DNA from: an uncultured Rhodobacteraceae bacterium
GTDB taxonomy: Bacteria; Pseudomonadota; Alphaproteobacteria; Rhodobacterales; Rhodobacteraceae
Reading direction: 5' to 3'
DNA length: 64,000 nucleotides
NCBI GenBank assembly: GCA_965657215.1
Contig: CBFHNR010000001.1
Coordinates: forward strand, 35,146 to 99,145
Part shown: piece by piece, positions 1-10,420 of the stretch
Position numbering within the stretch: the first letter of the stretch is position 1
Layout of the letters: every line of letters begins with the position of its first letter
Notes under the pieces: generated by a model
The model's input: only the letters and a program-made list of their open reading frames with translations
What the model was told of the DNA's origin: nothing
The model's database searches: none
Translations under genes and position numbers: made by a program

Positions 1-175
1 TTCAGGGTATCGTAGGGCAAGCTCAATATATAAATTTTATTGAATATGTTAGGTATTGTTCTGATATTTTTGAAACTGTTGAGGGTAAATTGGTAAATTA
101 ACTAGACCAAATTTGTTGCCTATAGGAAACTTTCACCTTATCTGTTCAGTATAGCTTTACAGAGGGAACACGGAT

Positions 176-2314
176 ATGACGGATCGTTTGGATAAATTTG
201 GACTTCAAGTTGCCGCTGAGTTGGTGACATTTGTTGAACAAGAGGCGCTTCCTGGAACGGGTGTGGACGTGGATGTGTTCTGGAAGGGGCTGTCTGGCTT
301 GGTGCATGACCTCGGCCCCAAAAATCGCGCGCTCCTTCAAAAGCGTGCTGATATCCAAGCGCAACTCGATGAGTGGTATCGCGCCAACAAAGGGAAAAGC
401 TGGGATCAAGCCACCTATCAAGCCTTTTTAAGAGAAATCGGCTACCTGGTTCCAGAAGGTGATGCGTTTGACATTGAGACCACGAATGTTGATCCTGAAA
501 TTGCCTCAATCGCGGGTCCGCAATTGGTGGTGCCCATTACCAATGCACGCTTTGCCTTGAATGCAGCCAATGCAAGATGGGGAAGCCTCTATGACGCGCT
601 TTATGGAACGGATGCGCTGGGCGATTTGCCTAGGGGGGGTGGCTATGACGTCGATCGCGGGGCGCGGGTCATCGCATGGGGCCGTGATTTCCTGAATGAA
701 GCGACGCCTTTGGCCACTGGGTCATGGGCAGATGTCACTGAAATCACTGTTAAAAATGGTGCGCTTGAAACGAACCTTGGTTCCCTCGCTGAGATGGCTA
801 ACTTCGCAGGACACCGCAAAGACGGCGACCGGTTAAGCAATGTCTTCTTGCGCAACAACGGTCTTCTGATCAACATCGTGATCGATCCAACAACGCCAGT
901 CGGCCAAACCGATGCGGCGGGCGTGTCAGACATCATTTTGGAATCTGCCCTTTCGACAATTATGGACTGCGAAGACTCCGTTGCGGCCGTGGACGCCGAA
1001 GACAAAGCCTTGGCCTATCGCAACTGGCTTGGCCTGATGCGGGGCGATTTGTCCGAAACTGTGTCCAAGGGTGGCAAAACCTTTGACCGCGTGTTGAACG
1101 AGGATGTGACCTACACGGCACCGAACGGCGAGACAGTCACCCATAAAGGGCGCAGCCTCATGTTGGTGCGCAATGTGGGTCATTTGATGAGCAACCCAGC
1201 AATCCTCGACAAAGACGGTCTTGAAATAGGCGAAGGCCTCATGGATGGGATGATCACAACCATGATCGCAATGCATGACCTGAAACGCGAGAGCGGCAAT
1301 TCGGTTCATGGTTCTGTGTATATCGTTAAACCCAAGATGCATGGCCCAGAAGAAGTCGCCTTTACGGTCGACATTTTTGATCGCGTCGAAGACACGCTTG
1401 GCCTGCCGCGCAATACGGTGAAAATCGGGATTATGGACGAAGAGCGTCGCACCTCTGCGAACCTCAAGGAATGTATCCGCGTGGCTAAATCGCGAGTTGC
1501 CTTTATCAACACAGGCTTCTTGGATCGCACGGGCGATGAAATTCATACCTCGATGGAGGCTGGCCCTTTTGTACGCAAAGGCGAGATGAAAGCCATGCCA
1601 TGGATTTCCTCTTACGAGGATCGCAACGTCGATATTGGTTTGGCTTGTGGGCTTCAGGGCAAGGCGCAGATCGGCAAGGGCATGTGGGCGATGCCTGATC
1701 GCATGGGCGATATGTTGGAGGCAAAAATTGGCCATCCGCAATCAGGTGCAAACTGTGCGTGGGTTCCCTCACCAACGGCGGCGACGTTGCATGCAACGCA
1801 TTATCACAAAGTGGACGTTAAAGCGCGCCAAGATGAAATCAAAGCGGGTGGCGCACGTGGGACATTAGAGGATCTGCTGACTTTGCCTGTGATGTCTGGG
1901 GAAAACCTGTCTGATGCTGATATCGCGCAAGAAATTGAAAACAATGCGCAAGGTATCCTTGGATACGTCGTGCGTTGGGTGGACCAAGGTGTCGGTTGTT
2001 CCAAAGTCCCTGATATTCACGATGTCGGCCTCATGGAAGACCGCGCCACCTGCCGCATTTCAAGCCAAGCTTTGGCGAATTGGCTGCATCATGGTGTCGT
2101 GAGCGAAGAACAAGTGATGGCCGCGATGAAGAAAATGGCCGCTGTTGTGGATCGCCAAAACGCGGGTGACCCTGCTTATCAGAGACTGGCGCCTAGCTTT
2201 GACGGGATTGCCTTTCAGGCGGCTTGTGATTTGGTGTTCAAGGGTCGTGTTCAGCCTTCAGGCTATACCGAACCTGTGCTTCATGCGCGTCGCCTTGAGC
2301 TCAAAGCGCAGTAA
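176..2314 (+). CDS. glcB: malate synthase G
   Basis: 712-aa ORF in the size class of malate synthase G, with the family N-terminus ([13 protein letters not shown]...). GGA-containing RBS upstream and a hairpin terminator downstream. Confidence 0.95.
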   Translation: MTDRLDKFGLQVAAELVTFVEQEALPGTGVDVDVFWKGLSGLVHDLGPKNRALLQKRADIQAQLDEWYRANKGKSWDQATYQAFLREIGYLVPEGDAFDIETTNVDPEIASIAGPQLVVPITNARFALNAANARWGSLYDALYGTDALGDLPRGGGYDVDRGARVIAWGRDFLNEATPLATGSWADVTEITVKNGALETNLGSLAEMANFAGHRKDGDRLSNVFLRNNGLLINIVIDPTTPVGQTDAAGVSDIILESALSTIMDCEDSVAAVDAEDKALAYRNWLGLMRGDLSETVSKGGKTFDRVLNEDVTYTAPNGETVTHKGRSLMLVRNVGHLMSNPAILDKDGLEIGEGLMDGMITTMIAMHDLKRESGNSVHGSVYIVKPKMHGPEEVAFTVDIFDRVEDTLGLPRNTVKIGIMDEERRTSANLKECIRVAKSRVAFINTGFLDRTGDEIHTSMEAGPFVRKGEMKAMPWISSYEDRNVDIGLACGLQGKAQIGKGMWAMPDRMGDMLEAKIGHPQSGANCAWVPSPTAATLHATHYHKVDVKARQDEIKAGGARGTLEDLLTLPVMSGENLSDADIAQEIENNAQGILGYVVRWVDQGVGCSKVPDIHDVGLMEDRATCRISSQALANWLHHGVVSEEQVMAAMKKMAAVVDRQNAGDPAYQRLAPSFDGIAFQAACDLVFKGRVQPSGYTEPVLHARRLELKAQ

Positions 2315-2340
2315 AACACTCATAAATTTTGCTTTCAGGA

Positions 2341-2378
2341 CGGGGCGCAGGCGGCAAGCTTGCGCCCCGTTTCGTTTT
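2341..2378 (+). terminator. rho-independent terminator after glcB
   Basis: Stem CGGGGCGCA (2341-2349) pairs with TGCGCCCCG (2361-2369) and is followed by GTTTCGTTTT. Confidence 0.8.
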
Positions 2379-2457
2379 AGAATTATTATAAGTTAGCTTT
2401 ACAGTCCCCGAATAACTTGCTAACTAAATACCATACTAAAAAACTAAGGTTTATATC

Positions 2458-3234
2458 ATGCGCCCTGTGATCGGCATAATTGGCAATTCGTATCTCATAA
2501 ATGATCAGTATCCTGCACATGCTGCAGGCACGATGAACTCAGAGGCGATTGCTGAGGTTTCTGGCTGTATGCCAATGATTGTCCCCTCTGATCCAAAGCT
2601 TGTTTCGGTTTCAGAATTGCTTGAGCTCTGTGATGGGTTTTTGTTCACAGGCGGACGACCCAATGTCCACCCAAGCGAATATGGCCATGCCGAGACTGAG
2701 GCACATGGGGACTTTGATCGGGAACGGGATGCGATCACCTTGCCCCTCATTCGTGAGGCGGTTGCACTTGGCCTGCCTGTGTTTGGAATTTGTCGCGGTT
2801 TCCAAGAAGTCGCAGTAGCCTTTGGCAGCACTCTTCATCCAGAAATCCGTGACCTGCCAGGGCGCGACAATCACCGCATGCCGCCCGACGGGACGTTAGA
2901 GGAAAAATTCGCCATTCGTCACAAAGTGACCTTAACCCCTGATGGTCCATTTGCCAAGCTTATGGGCGCACAAGAAGTGATGACAAATACCCTTCACGGT
3001 CAAGGTATTACCGATGCAGGGGACCGTATCGTTATCGATGGCTATGCCCCCGACGGAACGCCAGAGGCAATCTATGTCAAAGACGCCACAGGGTTCACCT
3101 ATTCCGTTCAGTGGCATCCCGAATGGAATGCAGGTCTTGATCCAGTGTCGCGGCCCTTGTTCACCGCATTTGGGGCAGCGGCCCATGCGTGGCGCGCGAA
3201 CAAATTAGGTCAAAAATCGCTTCAGACGGCTTAG
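2458..3234 (+). CDS. class I glutamine amidotransferase, peptidase C26 (gamma-glutamyl-GABA hydrolase-like)
   Basis: 258 aa with the nucleophile elbow GICRGFQE and the C-terminal WHPEW motif typical of the PuuD/C26 family. Confidence 0.8.
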   Translation: MRPVIGIIGNSYLINDQYPAHAAGTMNSEAIAEVSGCMPMIVPSDPKLVSVSELLELCDGFLFTGGRPNVHPSEYGHAETEAHGDFDRERDAITLPLIREAVALGLPVFGICRGFQEVAVAFGSTLHPEIRDLPGRDNHRMPPDGTLEEKFAIRHKVTLTPDGPFAKLMGAQEVMTNTLHGQGITDAGDRIVIDGYAPDGTPEAIYVKDATGFTYSVQWHPEWNAGLDPVSRPLFTAFGAAAHAWRANKLGQKSLQTA

Positions 3235-4424
3235 GTCACTTTGGCGCGGACCTGATATTTTTCGGCTTTCCACGCCTCGGTGTCCATAACCTCGGTGATG
3301 ATATCAACCGCGGCTGTGACATCGGCCTCATCGATGTAGAGCGGCGTAAATCCGAACCGCATGATGTTTGGTGCGCGAAAATCACCAATCACGCCGCGAT
3401 CAATGATCGCTTGCATGGCGGGGTATCCCTGTTCAAAGGCAAAGGACACTTGGCTTCCGCGCTGCTCCGCGTCTCGTGGGCTTGCGAGCGTGAGCATGGG
3501 ACAGCGTGCCTCAATCAGCTCAATAAAGAGAGATGTCAGCTCTTTGGATTTGGTACGGATATCGGCCATCGTAGTAATGTCCCAGATATCCAAAGCTGCC
3601 TCAAGGCTTGCCATCGCAATGACAGGGGGTGTTCCCACACGCATCCGTTCAATCCCTTGGCCCTCAATGTAGGTAAGGTCAAAATCAAAGGGTGATTTGT
3701 GGCCCAACCATCCTGAGAGAGCAGGGCGCACATGCTCGGCATGCTTTGGTGCGACATAGATAAAGGCGGGGCTCCCTGGTCCGCCATTGAGATATTTATA
3801 GGTACAGCCGACGGCGAAATCGGCTTGGGCGGCCATGAGGTCCACATCAATCGCACCCGCAGAATGAGCGAGATCCCAGATCGTCAAAGCCCCGACAGAC
3901 TGTGCCTTGGCAGTGAGATGCGCCATTTCGTGGCGGCGTCCTGTGCGATAATCCACCTCTGTGATCAGGCTCACGGCGACCTCAGACGTTAGGTTTGCTT
4001 CGATGTCTTCGGGGGCCACGATGCGCAATTCGTGACCTTGACCCAAAGAGGCAATCAAGCCTTGGGCCATATAGAGATCAGAAGGGAAATTACCGCTATC
4101 AGAGAGGATCACTTTGCGATCTGGGCGCAATTCGAGCGCGCTTGCTAAGGCCTGATAAACCTTGATTGACAGCGTATCGCCCACGGCTACATGGTCCGTT
4201 TCCGCGCCGATTAACCGCGCTATGCGGTTGCCCACGCTAATGGGTTGATCCATCCACCCCGCCTTGTTCCAACCTGTGATTAACAGCTCACCCCATTGAT
4301 CCGTCATCATGTCATGAACCCGCTGTGCCGCCGCTTTGGGAAGGGGGCCAAGAGAATTGCCATCTAGATAGATCATGCCCTCGGGCAAGTGAAACAGGGC
4401 TTTCGTCTTTAGAAAGTCGCTCAT
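3231..4424 (-). CDS. kynU: kynureninase
   Basis: 397 aa with the PLP-lysine region DFAVGCTYKYLNGGPGSPAFIYV characteristic of kynureninase. The start overlaps the upstream SDR stop (ATGA). Confidence 0.9.
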   Translation of the reverse strand: MSDFLKTKALFHLPEGMIYLDGNSLGPLPKAAAQRVHDMMTDQWGELLITGWNKAGWMDQPISVGNRIARLIGAETDHVAVGDTLSIKVYQALASALELRPDRKVILSDSGNFPSDLYMAQGLIASLGQGHELRIVAPEDIEANLTSEVAVSLITEVDYRTGRRHEMAHLTAKAQSVGALTIWDLAHSAGAIDVDLMAAQADFAVGCTYKYLNGGPGSPAFIYVAPKHAEHVRPALSGWLGHKSPFDFDLTYIEGQGIERMRVGTPPVIAMASLEAALDIWDITTMADIRTKSKELTSLFIELIEARCPMLTLASPRDAEQRGSQVSFAFEQGYPAMQAIIDRGVIGDFRAPNIMRFGFTPLYIDEADVTAAVDIITEVMDTEAWKAEKYQVRAKVT

Positions 4425-5170
4425 ACCTGTCCGCCAGCGATTTCAATAGTTTGCGCGTTCACGCTTGCAGAGTTTGGATGACACAACCAAAGGGCAGAGG
4501 CAGCAATTTCCTCTGGTGAGATCAGGCGTTTGTGACAATTGGCTTGAACCATGATGTCTTGAGCCGCCTCTTTGCTCAGGCCTGCGCGGGCTTGGATGCT
4601 ATCGGCATTTCGCGCCACGATGGGTGTATCGACATAGCCAGGACAGATAGCGTTAAAGGTAATCGGCCCGCCCATATGTTCCTCGGCATAGGTGCGGATC
4701 AATCCGATGATCCCATGCTTTGAGGCAGAATAGGCACCAGCTCCTTTTAATCCCTTGACCCCTGCAATTGAGGAAATGGCGATCACGCGCCCCCAATCGG
4801 TCGTAAGCATTGACTTCATGCTTTCGCGCATGGTGACGAAAGCACCGTCTAAATTGGTCGCCATGATCTTGCGCCAAAAATCGAGATCGGTCTTCTGCAA
4901 GGTTCTACCCTCGGCAATCCCTGCATTGGCGACACAGATTTGAATTGGACCGCGCTCTGCAACCGCTTGGGCGATCCCTACGATTTGCTGAGCCTCATCG
5001 GTGACATCCATCGCCATCGGGAAAAGCCCCTCTGTCGCGACCTCTTGCAAAACTTCATAGCGGCGACCTGTGATCGTCACCAGTGCGCCTTGATCCGCCA
5101 ATGCACGCGCAATCGCCAACCCGATGCCTGTGCCGCCACCTGTGACCAGTGCGTGTTTTCCCTCTAACAT
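4421..5170 (-). CDS. SDR family oxidoreductase
   Basis: 249 aa with the TGGGTGIG cofactor motif and the YSASKHG (YxxxK) catalytic motif. Confidence 0.85.
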   Translation of the reverse strand: MLEGKHALVTGGGTGIGLAIARALADQGALVTITGRRYEVLQEVATEGLFPMAMDVTDEAQQIVGIAQAVAERGPIQICVANAGIAEGRTLQKTDLDFWRKIMATNLDGAFVTMRESMKSMLTTDWGRVIAISSIAGVKGLKGAGAYSASKHGIIGLIRTYAEEHMGGPITFNAICPGYVDTPIVARNADSIQARAGLSKEAAQDIMVQANCHKRLISPEEIAASALWLCHPNSASVNAQTIEIAGGQV

Positions 5171-5302
5171 ATCGAAACTCTCTGTTGTTTATTAGGACTG
5201 TATCGTTCTGCCGATCTGTGGCAAGTCGTTAGAAGGTTAAAAATGATATTCACAAAAATGAATTTATCTGTATTGTGCGTATATTCGTGGAGGGAGCGCG
5301 TC

Positions 5303-6256
5303 ATGAAACATATTATTTTGGGAACGGTTTTAGGGGTTGCCCTCGCAACATCGGCACTTGGATCCGAAGATATTGCGGATAAATATCCACAGTCTGAGCT
5401 TTATAACAAACCCGTAGAAGTCATCCCCCATGTCTGGAGCGCGATTGGCGCGACGGCGCCTCCGACCTATGAAAATTCTGGTCATAACAATAACTTATCC
5501 TTTGTTGTGACAGGTGAGGGCGTTGTTGTGGTGAATGGTGGTGCCTCTGCGCGCCTTGCCGCGGCATTGCATGAAGAAATCAAGGCTGTGACCGATCAGC
5601 CTGTGAAATTGGTGGTCAACGAAAACGGCCAAGGCCACGCTATGTTGGGCAATTCCTACTGGGCGGACTTGGGTGTGGATATCATCGCCCATGAGGATGC
5701 CATTCACGAAGTCAAAGAGCGCGGTGATTTTATCTTGCAAGGCATGCAGCGCTATAACCGCGACAAAGCCGAAGGAACACGGGTTGTCCCCGCCAATATC
5801 AGCTTTTCGGATCGCTTTGAATATGAGCTAGGTGGCGTACGTTTTGAAATACTGCACCTCGGATCGGCACATGGTCCGGGCGATACTCAAGTGTGGATCC
5901 CACAGTGGTCCATGATGATTGCAGGCGACATTGCCTTTCATGAACGCATGCCGCCCATCTTTGCCGATACCTGCGCACGTTGCTGGATTGAAACGTGGGA
6001 AACTGGTTTTGCCCCTCTCAACCCGACCTATGTGATCCCCGGACACGGCCATCCAACCAACTTGGCTCAGGTGACGCGCTACACGCGCGACTACCTCGTC
6101 GATTTGCGCGAAAAAATCGGCGCTCATATCGAAGAGGGCGGTGATCTGGCTGGCGCCTATTATGTGGATCAATCCGCTTGGGCAAATTTAGAAACCTTTA
6201 AAGAGCTCGCAACCAAAAATGCGGGCCGCGTTTACGAAGAAATGGAATGGGAATGA
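5303..6256 (+). CDS. exported MBL-fold protein with a degenerate HxHxDH motif
   Basis: ATG at 5303 is preceded by GGAGGGA. Signal peptide MKHIILGTVLGVALATSALG. MBL-like blocks are HLGSAHGPGD, IAGDIAFH and IPGHGHP, but the motif-2 position reads NENGQGHA. Confidence 0.7.
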   Translation: MKHIILGTVLGVALATSALGSEDIADKYPQSELYNKPVEVIPHVWSAIGATAPPTYENSGHNNNLSFVVTGEGVVVVNGGASARLAAALHEEIKAVTDQPVKLVVNENGQGHAMLGNSYWADLGVDIIAHEDAIHEVKERGDFILQGMQRYNRDKAEGTRVVPANISFSDRFEYELGGVRFEILHLGSAHGPGDTQVWIPQWSMMIAGDIAFHERMPPIFADTCARCWIETWETGFAPLNPTYVIPGHGHPTNLAQVTRYTRDYLVDLREKIGAHIEEGGDLAGAYYVDQSAWANLETFKELATKNAGRVYEEMEWE

Positions 6257-6678
6257 CAAGATTTACGACATCTTTGCTACTGGCAAGCGCGCTTAGCTTT
6301 GGTTTAACAAGCGCGCAGGCAAGCGATCTCTCTGATGAAATCGTCGGATATATGGATTTTGCCACATATGAGTCTGGCATCATCTTGCCGCAGCAACTGA
6401 GCGAAGATGTGTTTTCCTCTGTGACCTTTGTGGATACGCGCGATGAGGAACAATTCAATCAAGGCACGATCCCAGGGGCGATCCATATTGAGTGGCGCGA
6501 AATTCCAAGCCGTTTGGACGAATTGCCTGAGGACGGGATGGTTGTGTTGTTCTGCAACACAGGGAGCCTCTCTGCGCAAGCCACCTTTGCCGCGCGTGTT
6601 TTGGGTCATGAAAATGTGCTTGTACTTCAATCAGGGCGCAATGGTTGGCTTCAAGACGCGGCTTTTAAACCCGAATGA
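6247..6678 (+). CDS. exported single-domain rhodanese (sulfurtransferase)
   Basis: 143 aa with a signal peptide (…SFGLTSAQA) and the active-site loop CNTGSLS. The start (6247, or 6253 as ATGA) overlaps the upstream stop. Confidence 0.8.
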   Translation: MGMTRFTTSLLLASALSFGLTSAQASDLSDEIVGYMDFATYESGIILPQQLSEDVFSSVTFVDTRDEEQFNQGTIPGAIHIEWREIPSRLDELPEDGMVVLFCNTGSLSAQATFAARVLGHENVLVLQSGRNGWLQDAAFKPE

Positions 6679-7127
6679 TGAAATGGATGGATATTCCGCC
6701 CATGTGGTGGGTTGGATGTGTGGTTTTGGGGCGCTGGATATCCCAGTATGATCCGTTCGCGGATTTGATCTCTCATCCCATCGTGGATGGTGTCGGTGTG
6801 CTGTTGATTGTGGTTGGCCTCGTCTTAATAGGGGTGGCAATTCTTGTTATGAGACGCCACCGTACAACCGTTATCCCACGACAAACGGCCAGCGCCTTGG
6901 TCAGTTCGGGCATTTTCAAATATACGCGGAACCCCATTTATTTGGGTGATACACTCGTTCTTATGGGGTTTTTCTTGCATTGGGGGTCACTTTTAGCGCT
7001 ACCATTGGTGGTAATCTTTGTTTGGGCTATTGAAAGACGTTTCATTATCCCTGAAGAAGTACACCTTAGAGACAAGTTCGGCACGGAGTTTGAGCGCTAT
7101 GCGCAAAACACGCGACGATGGATATGA
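6675..7127 (+). CDS. isoprenylcysteine carboxyl methyltransferase / phospholipid methyltransferase family membrane protein
   Basis: 150 aa, about 4 TM helices, with the C-terminal block RNPIYLGD...ERRFIIPEEVHLRDKFGTEFERY typical of the ICMT/PEMT family. ATGA overlap with the rhodanese stop. Confidence 0.75.
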   Translation: MMKWMDIPPMWWVGCVVLGRWISQYDPFADLISHPIVDGVGVLLIVVGLVLIGVAILVMRRHRTTVIPRQTASALVSSGIFKYTRNPIYLGDTLVLMGFFLHWGSLLALPLVVIFVWAIERRFIIPEEVHLRDKFGTEFERYAQNTRRWI

Positions 7128-7249
7128 GGGCCTGCGACTATTTGTTCGTGGTTTGCGACGGAATGATTTAGGTATAGTGCCTAAGACATAAAAACAGATG
7201 GGCCGAGAATGGTCCGAAAATGGAACTTAATTTTAGGGGGACGGAAACG

Positions 7250-8821
7250 TTGAAAATCGGAACACCCAAAGAGGTTTTTGAAGGCGAAGCACGGGTTGCT
7301 ATGACGCCTGACAGCGCATTGCAGCTGCAAAAACTGGGACATGAGTGTTTGATCGAAGCTGGTGCAGGTGCATTGGCTGGTTTTTCAGATCAAGCATATG
7401 AGGACGCAGGGGTCACTGTTGTCAAAACAGCGGCTGCACTTTGGAAAGAGGCAGATACGATTGCCAAAGTCCGCCCACCAAGCGATGCCGAAGCCAAGCG
7501 CCTCAAAGACGGTCAAACGCTGATTTCATTCTTCTGGCCTGCCCAAAATGAAAAGCAAATGGCCTCTATCGCCAAAAAGGGCGCAAGCGTCATTGCGATG
7601 GACATGGTGCCACGTATTTCACGCGCTCAGAAAATGGATGCTTTGTCATCTATGGCCAACATCGCAGGGTATCGTGCGGTTATTGAAGCCGGTAACAACT
7701 TTGGTCGCTTCTTTACAGGTCAGGTGACAGCGGCGGGCAAAGTCCCCCCAGCCAAGGTCTTGATCGTTGGCGCTGGTGTTGCTGGTTTGGCGGCGATCGG
7801 AACGGCGACATCGCTTGGTGCGATTACGTACGCATTTGATGTGCGTCCCGAAGTGGCCGAGCAAATTGAATCAATGGGTGCTGAATTCGTTTACCTTGAA
7901 TTCGACGAGGCGGTCCAAGATGGTGCTGCGACAGGTGGCTATGCGGCCCCATCCAGCCCAGAGTTCCGTGAAAAGCAGCTCGCGAAATTCCGTGAACTTG
8001 CCCCCGACATGGATATCGTCATCACGACAGCTTTGATCCCAGGTCGCGATGCGCCCAAGCTTTGGCTCGAAGATATGGTGTCCATGATGAAGCCGGGCTC
8101 AGTTGTCATTGACTTGGCGGCGGAAAAAGGCGGCAACTGTGATCTCACAGTGATGGATGAAAAAGTTGTGTCCGAAAACGGTGTGACAATCGTTGGGTAC
8201 ACTGATTTCCCAAGCCGTATGGCGGCGCAAGCCTCTACGCTTTATGCGACAAACATCCGTCACATGATGACAGACCTCACCCCTGAAAAAGACGGTGTCG
8301 TTGTTCACAACATGGAAGACGATGTTATTCGCGGTGCAACCGTGACGCATGCAGGGGACGTGACTTTCCCACCACCCCCACCGAAAATCCAAGCGATTGC
8401 GGCAAAACCACAAGAAAAGCCCAAAGAGCTCACGGCCGAAGAAAAGCGCGCCCAAGAGGTTGAAGCCTTCAAGGCGGCTACAAAGCAGCAAATCACATTG
8501 TTGGCTGTTGGTGGTGCATTGACACTTGGCCTTGGCTTGATCGCGCCTGCGAGCTTTATGCAGCACTTTATCGTGTTCGTTCTCTCGGTCTTTATCGGGT
8601 TCCAAGTGATTTGGAATGTGTCGCATTCATTGCACACGCCTCTTATGGCGGTGACGAACGCGATTTCCTCGATCATCATTTTGGGCGCTTTGATGCAAAT
8701 TGGATCAGGCTCGTTCTTGGTGATTTTGCTTGCTGGGTTGTCTGTCTTTATGGCAGGGATCAACATTTTCGGCGGGTTCCTTGTTACACGGCGCATGCTT
8801 GCCATGTTCCAGAAATCTTAA
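7250..8821 (+). CDS. pntA: NAD(P) transhydrogenase subunit alpha
   Basis: Alanine-dehydrogenase-like dI domain plus C-terminal TM helices. I prefer the TTG start at 7250 (LKIGTPKE...) with GGGGGA 8 nt upstream. The ORF track offers ATG 7220 as an alternative. Confidence 0.9.
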   Translation: MKIGTPKEVFEGEARVAMTPDSALQLQKLGHECLIEAGAGALAGFSDQAYEDAGVTVVKTAAALWKEADTIAKVRPPSDAEAKRLKDGQTLISFFWPAQNEKQMASIAKKGASVIAMDMVPRISRAQKMDALSSMANIAGYRAVIEAGNNFGRFFTGQVTAAGKVPPAKVLIVGAGVAGLAAIGTATSLGAITYAFDVRPEVAEQIESMGAEFVYLEFDEAVQDGAATGGYAAPSSPEFREKQLAKFRELAPDMDIVITTALIPGRDAPKLWLEDMVSMMKPGSVVIDLAAEKGGNCDLTVMDEKVVSENGVTIVGYTDFPSRMAAQASTLYATNIRHMMTDLTPEKDGVVVHNMEDDVIRGATVTHAGDVTFPPPPPKIQAIAAKPQEKPKELTAEEKRAQEVEAFKAATKQQITLLAVGGALTLGLGLIAPASFMQHFIVFVLSVFIGFQVIWNVSHSLHTPLMAVTNAISSIIILGALMQIGSGSFLVILLAGLSVFMAGINIFGGFLVTRRMLAMFQKS

Positions 8822-8834
8822 GGGGGGTGAACTG

Positions 8835-10268
8835 ATGGAATTTGGATTTACCACAGCGGCCTATGTTGTTGCCGCAGTACTCTTCATCCTATCCTTGGGT
8901 GGATTATCTGGCCAAGAAAGCGCGAAACGCGCCGTTTGGTACGGGATTGTTGGTATGGGCTTGGCGGTATTCGCAACGCTCATCGGACCGGGCGCAGGCC
9001 TTTGGTTGCTCTCATTGGTGTTGATCGCTGCAGGTGGCGCAATCGGCTATCAATTGGCGTCCAAGGTCGAAATGACCCAAATGCCGGAATTGGTTGCGGG
9101 TATGCACGCGCTTGTTGGTTTGGCGGCTGTGTTTGTTGGCTATAACGCACATATTGAAATCGTGCGTGTGGCAGGCATGGAAGGCGACGCGCTTAAGGCG
9201 CTCGAAGGCTTTGCTGCGTTGATTGCGAAAAAGGCACCAGTCGAAATCGCAATCTTGCGCGTTGAGCTGTTCCTTGGTGTGTTTATCGGGGCGATCACGT
9301 TCACGGGCTCTGTCGTGGCTTATGGCAAACTCTCTGGTCGCGTGACTTCTGCGGCGGAAAAATTGCCCGGTGGTCATATGCTGAATGCAGCGGCTGCGGG
9401 TATCTCTGTCCTGACGCTGATTTGGTACATGAACTCAGGCGGTTTCTTCCCGCTCTTTATCATGACCCTTGCGGCATTGTTCATTGGCTACCACTTGATC
9501 ATGGGTATCGGCGGCGCGGATATGCCTGTTGTTGTCTCCATGCTGAACTCCTATTCAGGTTGGGCAGCGGCGGCGATCGGCTTTAGCCTTGGCAATGATC
9601 TCTTGATCGTTGTTGGTGCGTTGGTTGGTTCCTCTGGTGCGATCTTGTCCTACATCATGTGTAAGGCGATGAACCGTTCCTTCGTCAGCGTGATCTTGGG
9701 CGGCTTTGGTGGCACCTCTGGTCCTGCGATGGAAGTCGAAGGCGAACAAGTTGCGATTGATGCCGAAGGTGTTGCCGCGGCATTGGACGAGGCAGATAGC
9801 ATTGTGATCATCCCAGGTTACGGTATGGCGGTTGCTCAGGCCCAACAAGCGGTGTCTGAGATGACAAAACGCCTTCGTGACAAGGGCAAGACTGTGCGCT
9901 TTGCAATTCACCCCGTTGCGGGGCGTTTGCCAGGTCACATGAACGTTCTCTTGGCTGAAGCCAAAGTGCCCTATGACATCGTTCTAGAGATGGATGAAAT
10001 CAACGATGATTTCCCTGAAACAGACGTAGCGATCGTGATCGGCTCAAATGACATCGTGAACCCAGCCGCACAAGAAGACCCCAACAGCCCCATCGCAGGT
10101 ATGCCTGTTTTGGAATGCTGGAAGGCGAAGCAAGTCTTTGTTTCTAAACGTGGGCAGGGGACAGGATACTCAGGTATCGAAAACCCGCTCTTCTTCAAAG
10201 AGAACACTCGCATGTTCTATGGCGATGCGAAGGAAAGCCTTAATAAGCTACTGACGCTTATCAACTAA
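8835..10268 (+). CDS. pntB: NAD(P) transhydrogenase subunit beta
   Basis: ATG at 8835 ([12 protein letters not shown]...) lies after AAGGGGGG. Multi-TM N-terminal half plus a dIII NADP(H) domain. The extension back to 8730 is rejected because it overlaps pntA. Confidence 0.93.
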   Translation: MEFGFTTAAYVVAAVLFILSLGGLSGQESAKRAVWYGIVGMGLAVFATLIGPGAGLWLLSLVLIAAGGAIGYQLASKVEMTQMPELVAGMHALVGLAAVFVGYNAHIEIVRVAGMEGDALKALEGFAALIAKKAPVEIAILRVELFLGVFIGAITFTGSVVAYGKLSGRVTSAAEKLPGGHMLNAAAAGISVLTLIWYMNSGGFFPLFIMTLAALFIGYHLIMGIGGADMPVVVSMLNSYSGWAAAAIGFSLGNDLLIVVGALVGSSGAILSYIMCKAMNRSFVSVILGGFGGTSGPAMEVEGEQVAIDAEGVAAALDEADSIVIIPGYGMAVAQAQQAVSEMTKRLRDKGKTVRFAIHPVAGRLPGHMNVLLAEAKVPYDIVLEMDEINDDFPETDVAIVIGSNDIVNPAAQEDPNSPIAGMPVLECWKAKQVFVSKRGQGTGYSGIENPLFFKENTRMFYGDAKESLNKLLTLIN

Positions 10269-10294
10269 TTTCCTGAATAAACAATACTAAAGTA

Positions 10295-10330
10295 AGCTCG
10301 AGGTCGAAAGGTCTCGGGCTTTTCTCTTTT
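10295..10330 (+). terminator. rho-independent terminator after pntB
   Basis: An 11-bp stem AGCTCGAGGTC / GGTCTCGGGCT (with G-U pairs) and a GAAA loop, followed by TTTCTCTTTT. Confidence 0.75.
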
Positions 10331-10420
10331 CAGACACATTTTTACCCCAAAGGACATCTAACACCGATCACAGTTAAATCGTTATCTTTTCATGAGTGGC
10401 TCACCTTGGGGAAGATTTCG

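Noticed and set aside
84-99. A tandem direct repeat GGTAAATT x2 in the AT-rich region upstream of glcB.
   Set aside because: It has only two short AT-rich copies, which is expected by chance in such sequence. Nothing ties it to a regulator.
926-1741. A 271-aa antisense ORF within glcB. Similar long antisense ORFs occur at 48610-49257, 50941-51594, 53056-53592 and 59059-59616.
   Set aside because: Each is fully nested opposite a confidently identified gene (glcB, nuoN, rnj, the DEAD-box helicase, the SDR) and shows no family resemblance. All are treated as shadow ORFs.
152-2404. A shared 11-mer TAGCTTTACAG upstream of glcB (152-162) and of the amidotransferase gene (2394-2404), considered as a possible common operator or promoter element.
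   Set aside because: The distance to the start codon differs (14 nt versus 54 nt). My rough estimate is that one or two such 11-mer coincidences are expected by chance among the AT-rich intergenic segments of this window.
8730-8834. N-terminal extensions offered by the ORF track for pntB. Comparable extensions appear at 13832-14011, 16193-16264, 16205-16276, 20690-20785, 22755-22871, 26456-26590, 29776-29844, 32407-32427 and 42407-42463.
   Set aside because: In each case an internal ATG with a Shine-Dalgarno-like sequence reproduces the family-typical N-terminus. The extension also overlaps the upstream gene or non-coding DNA.
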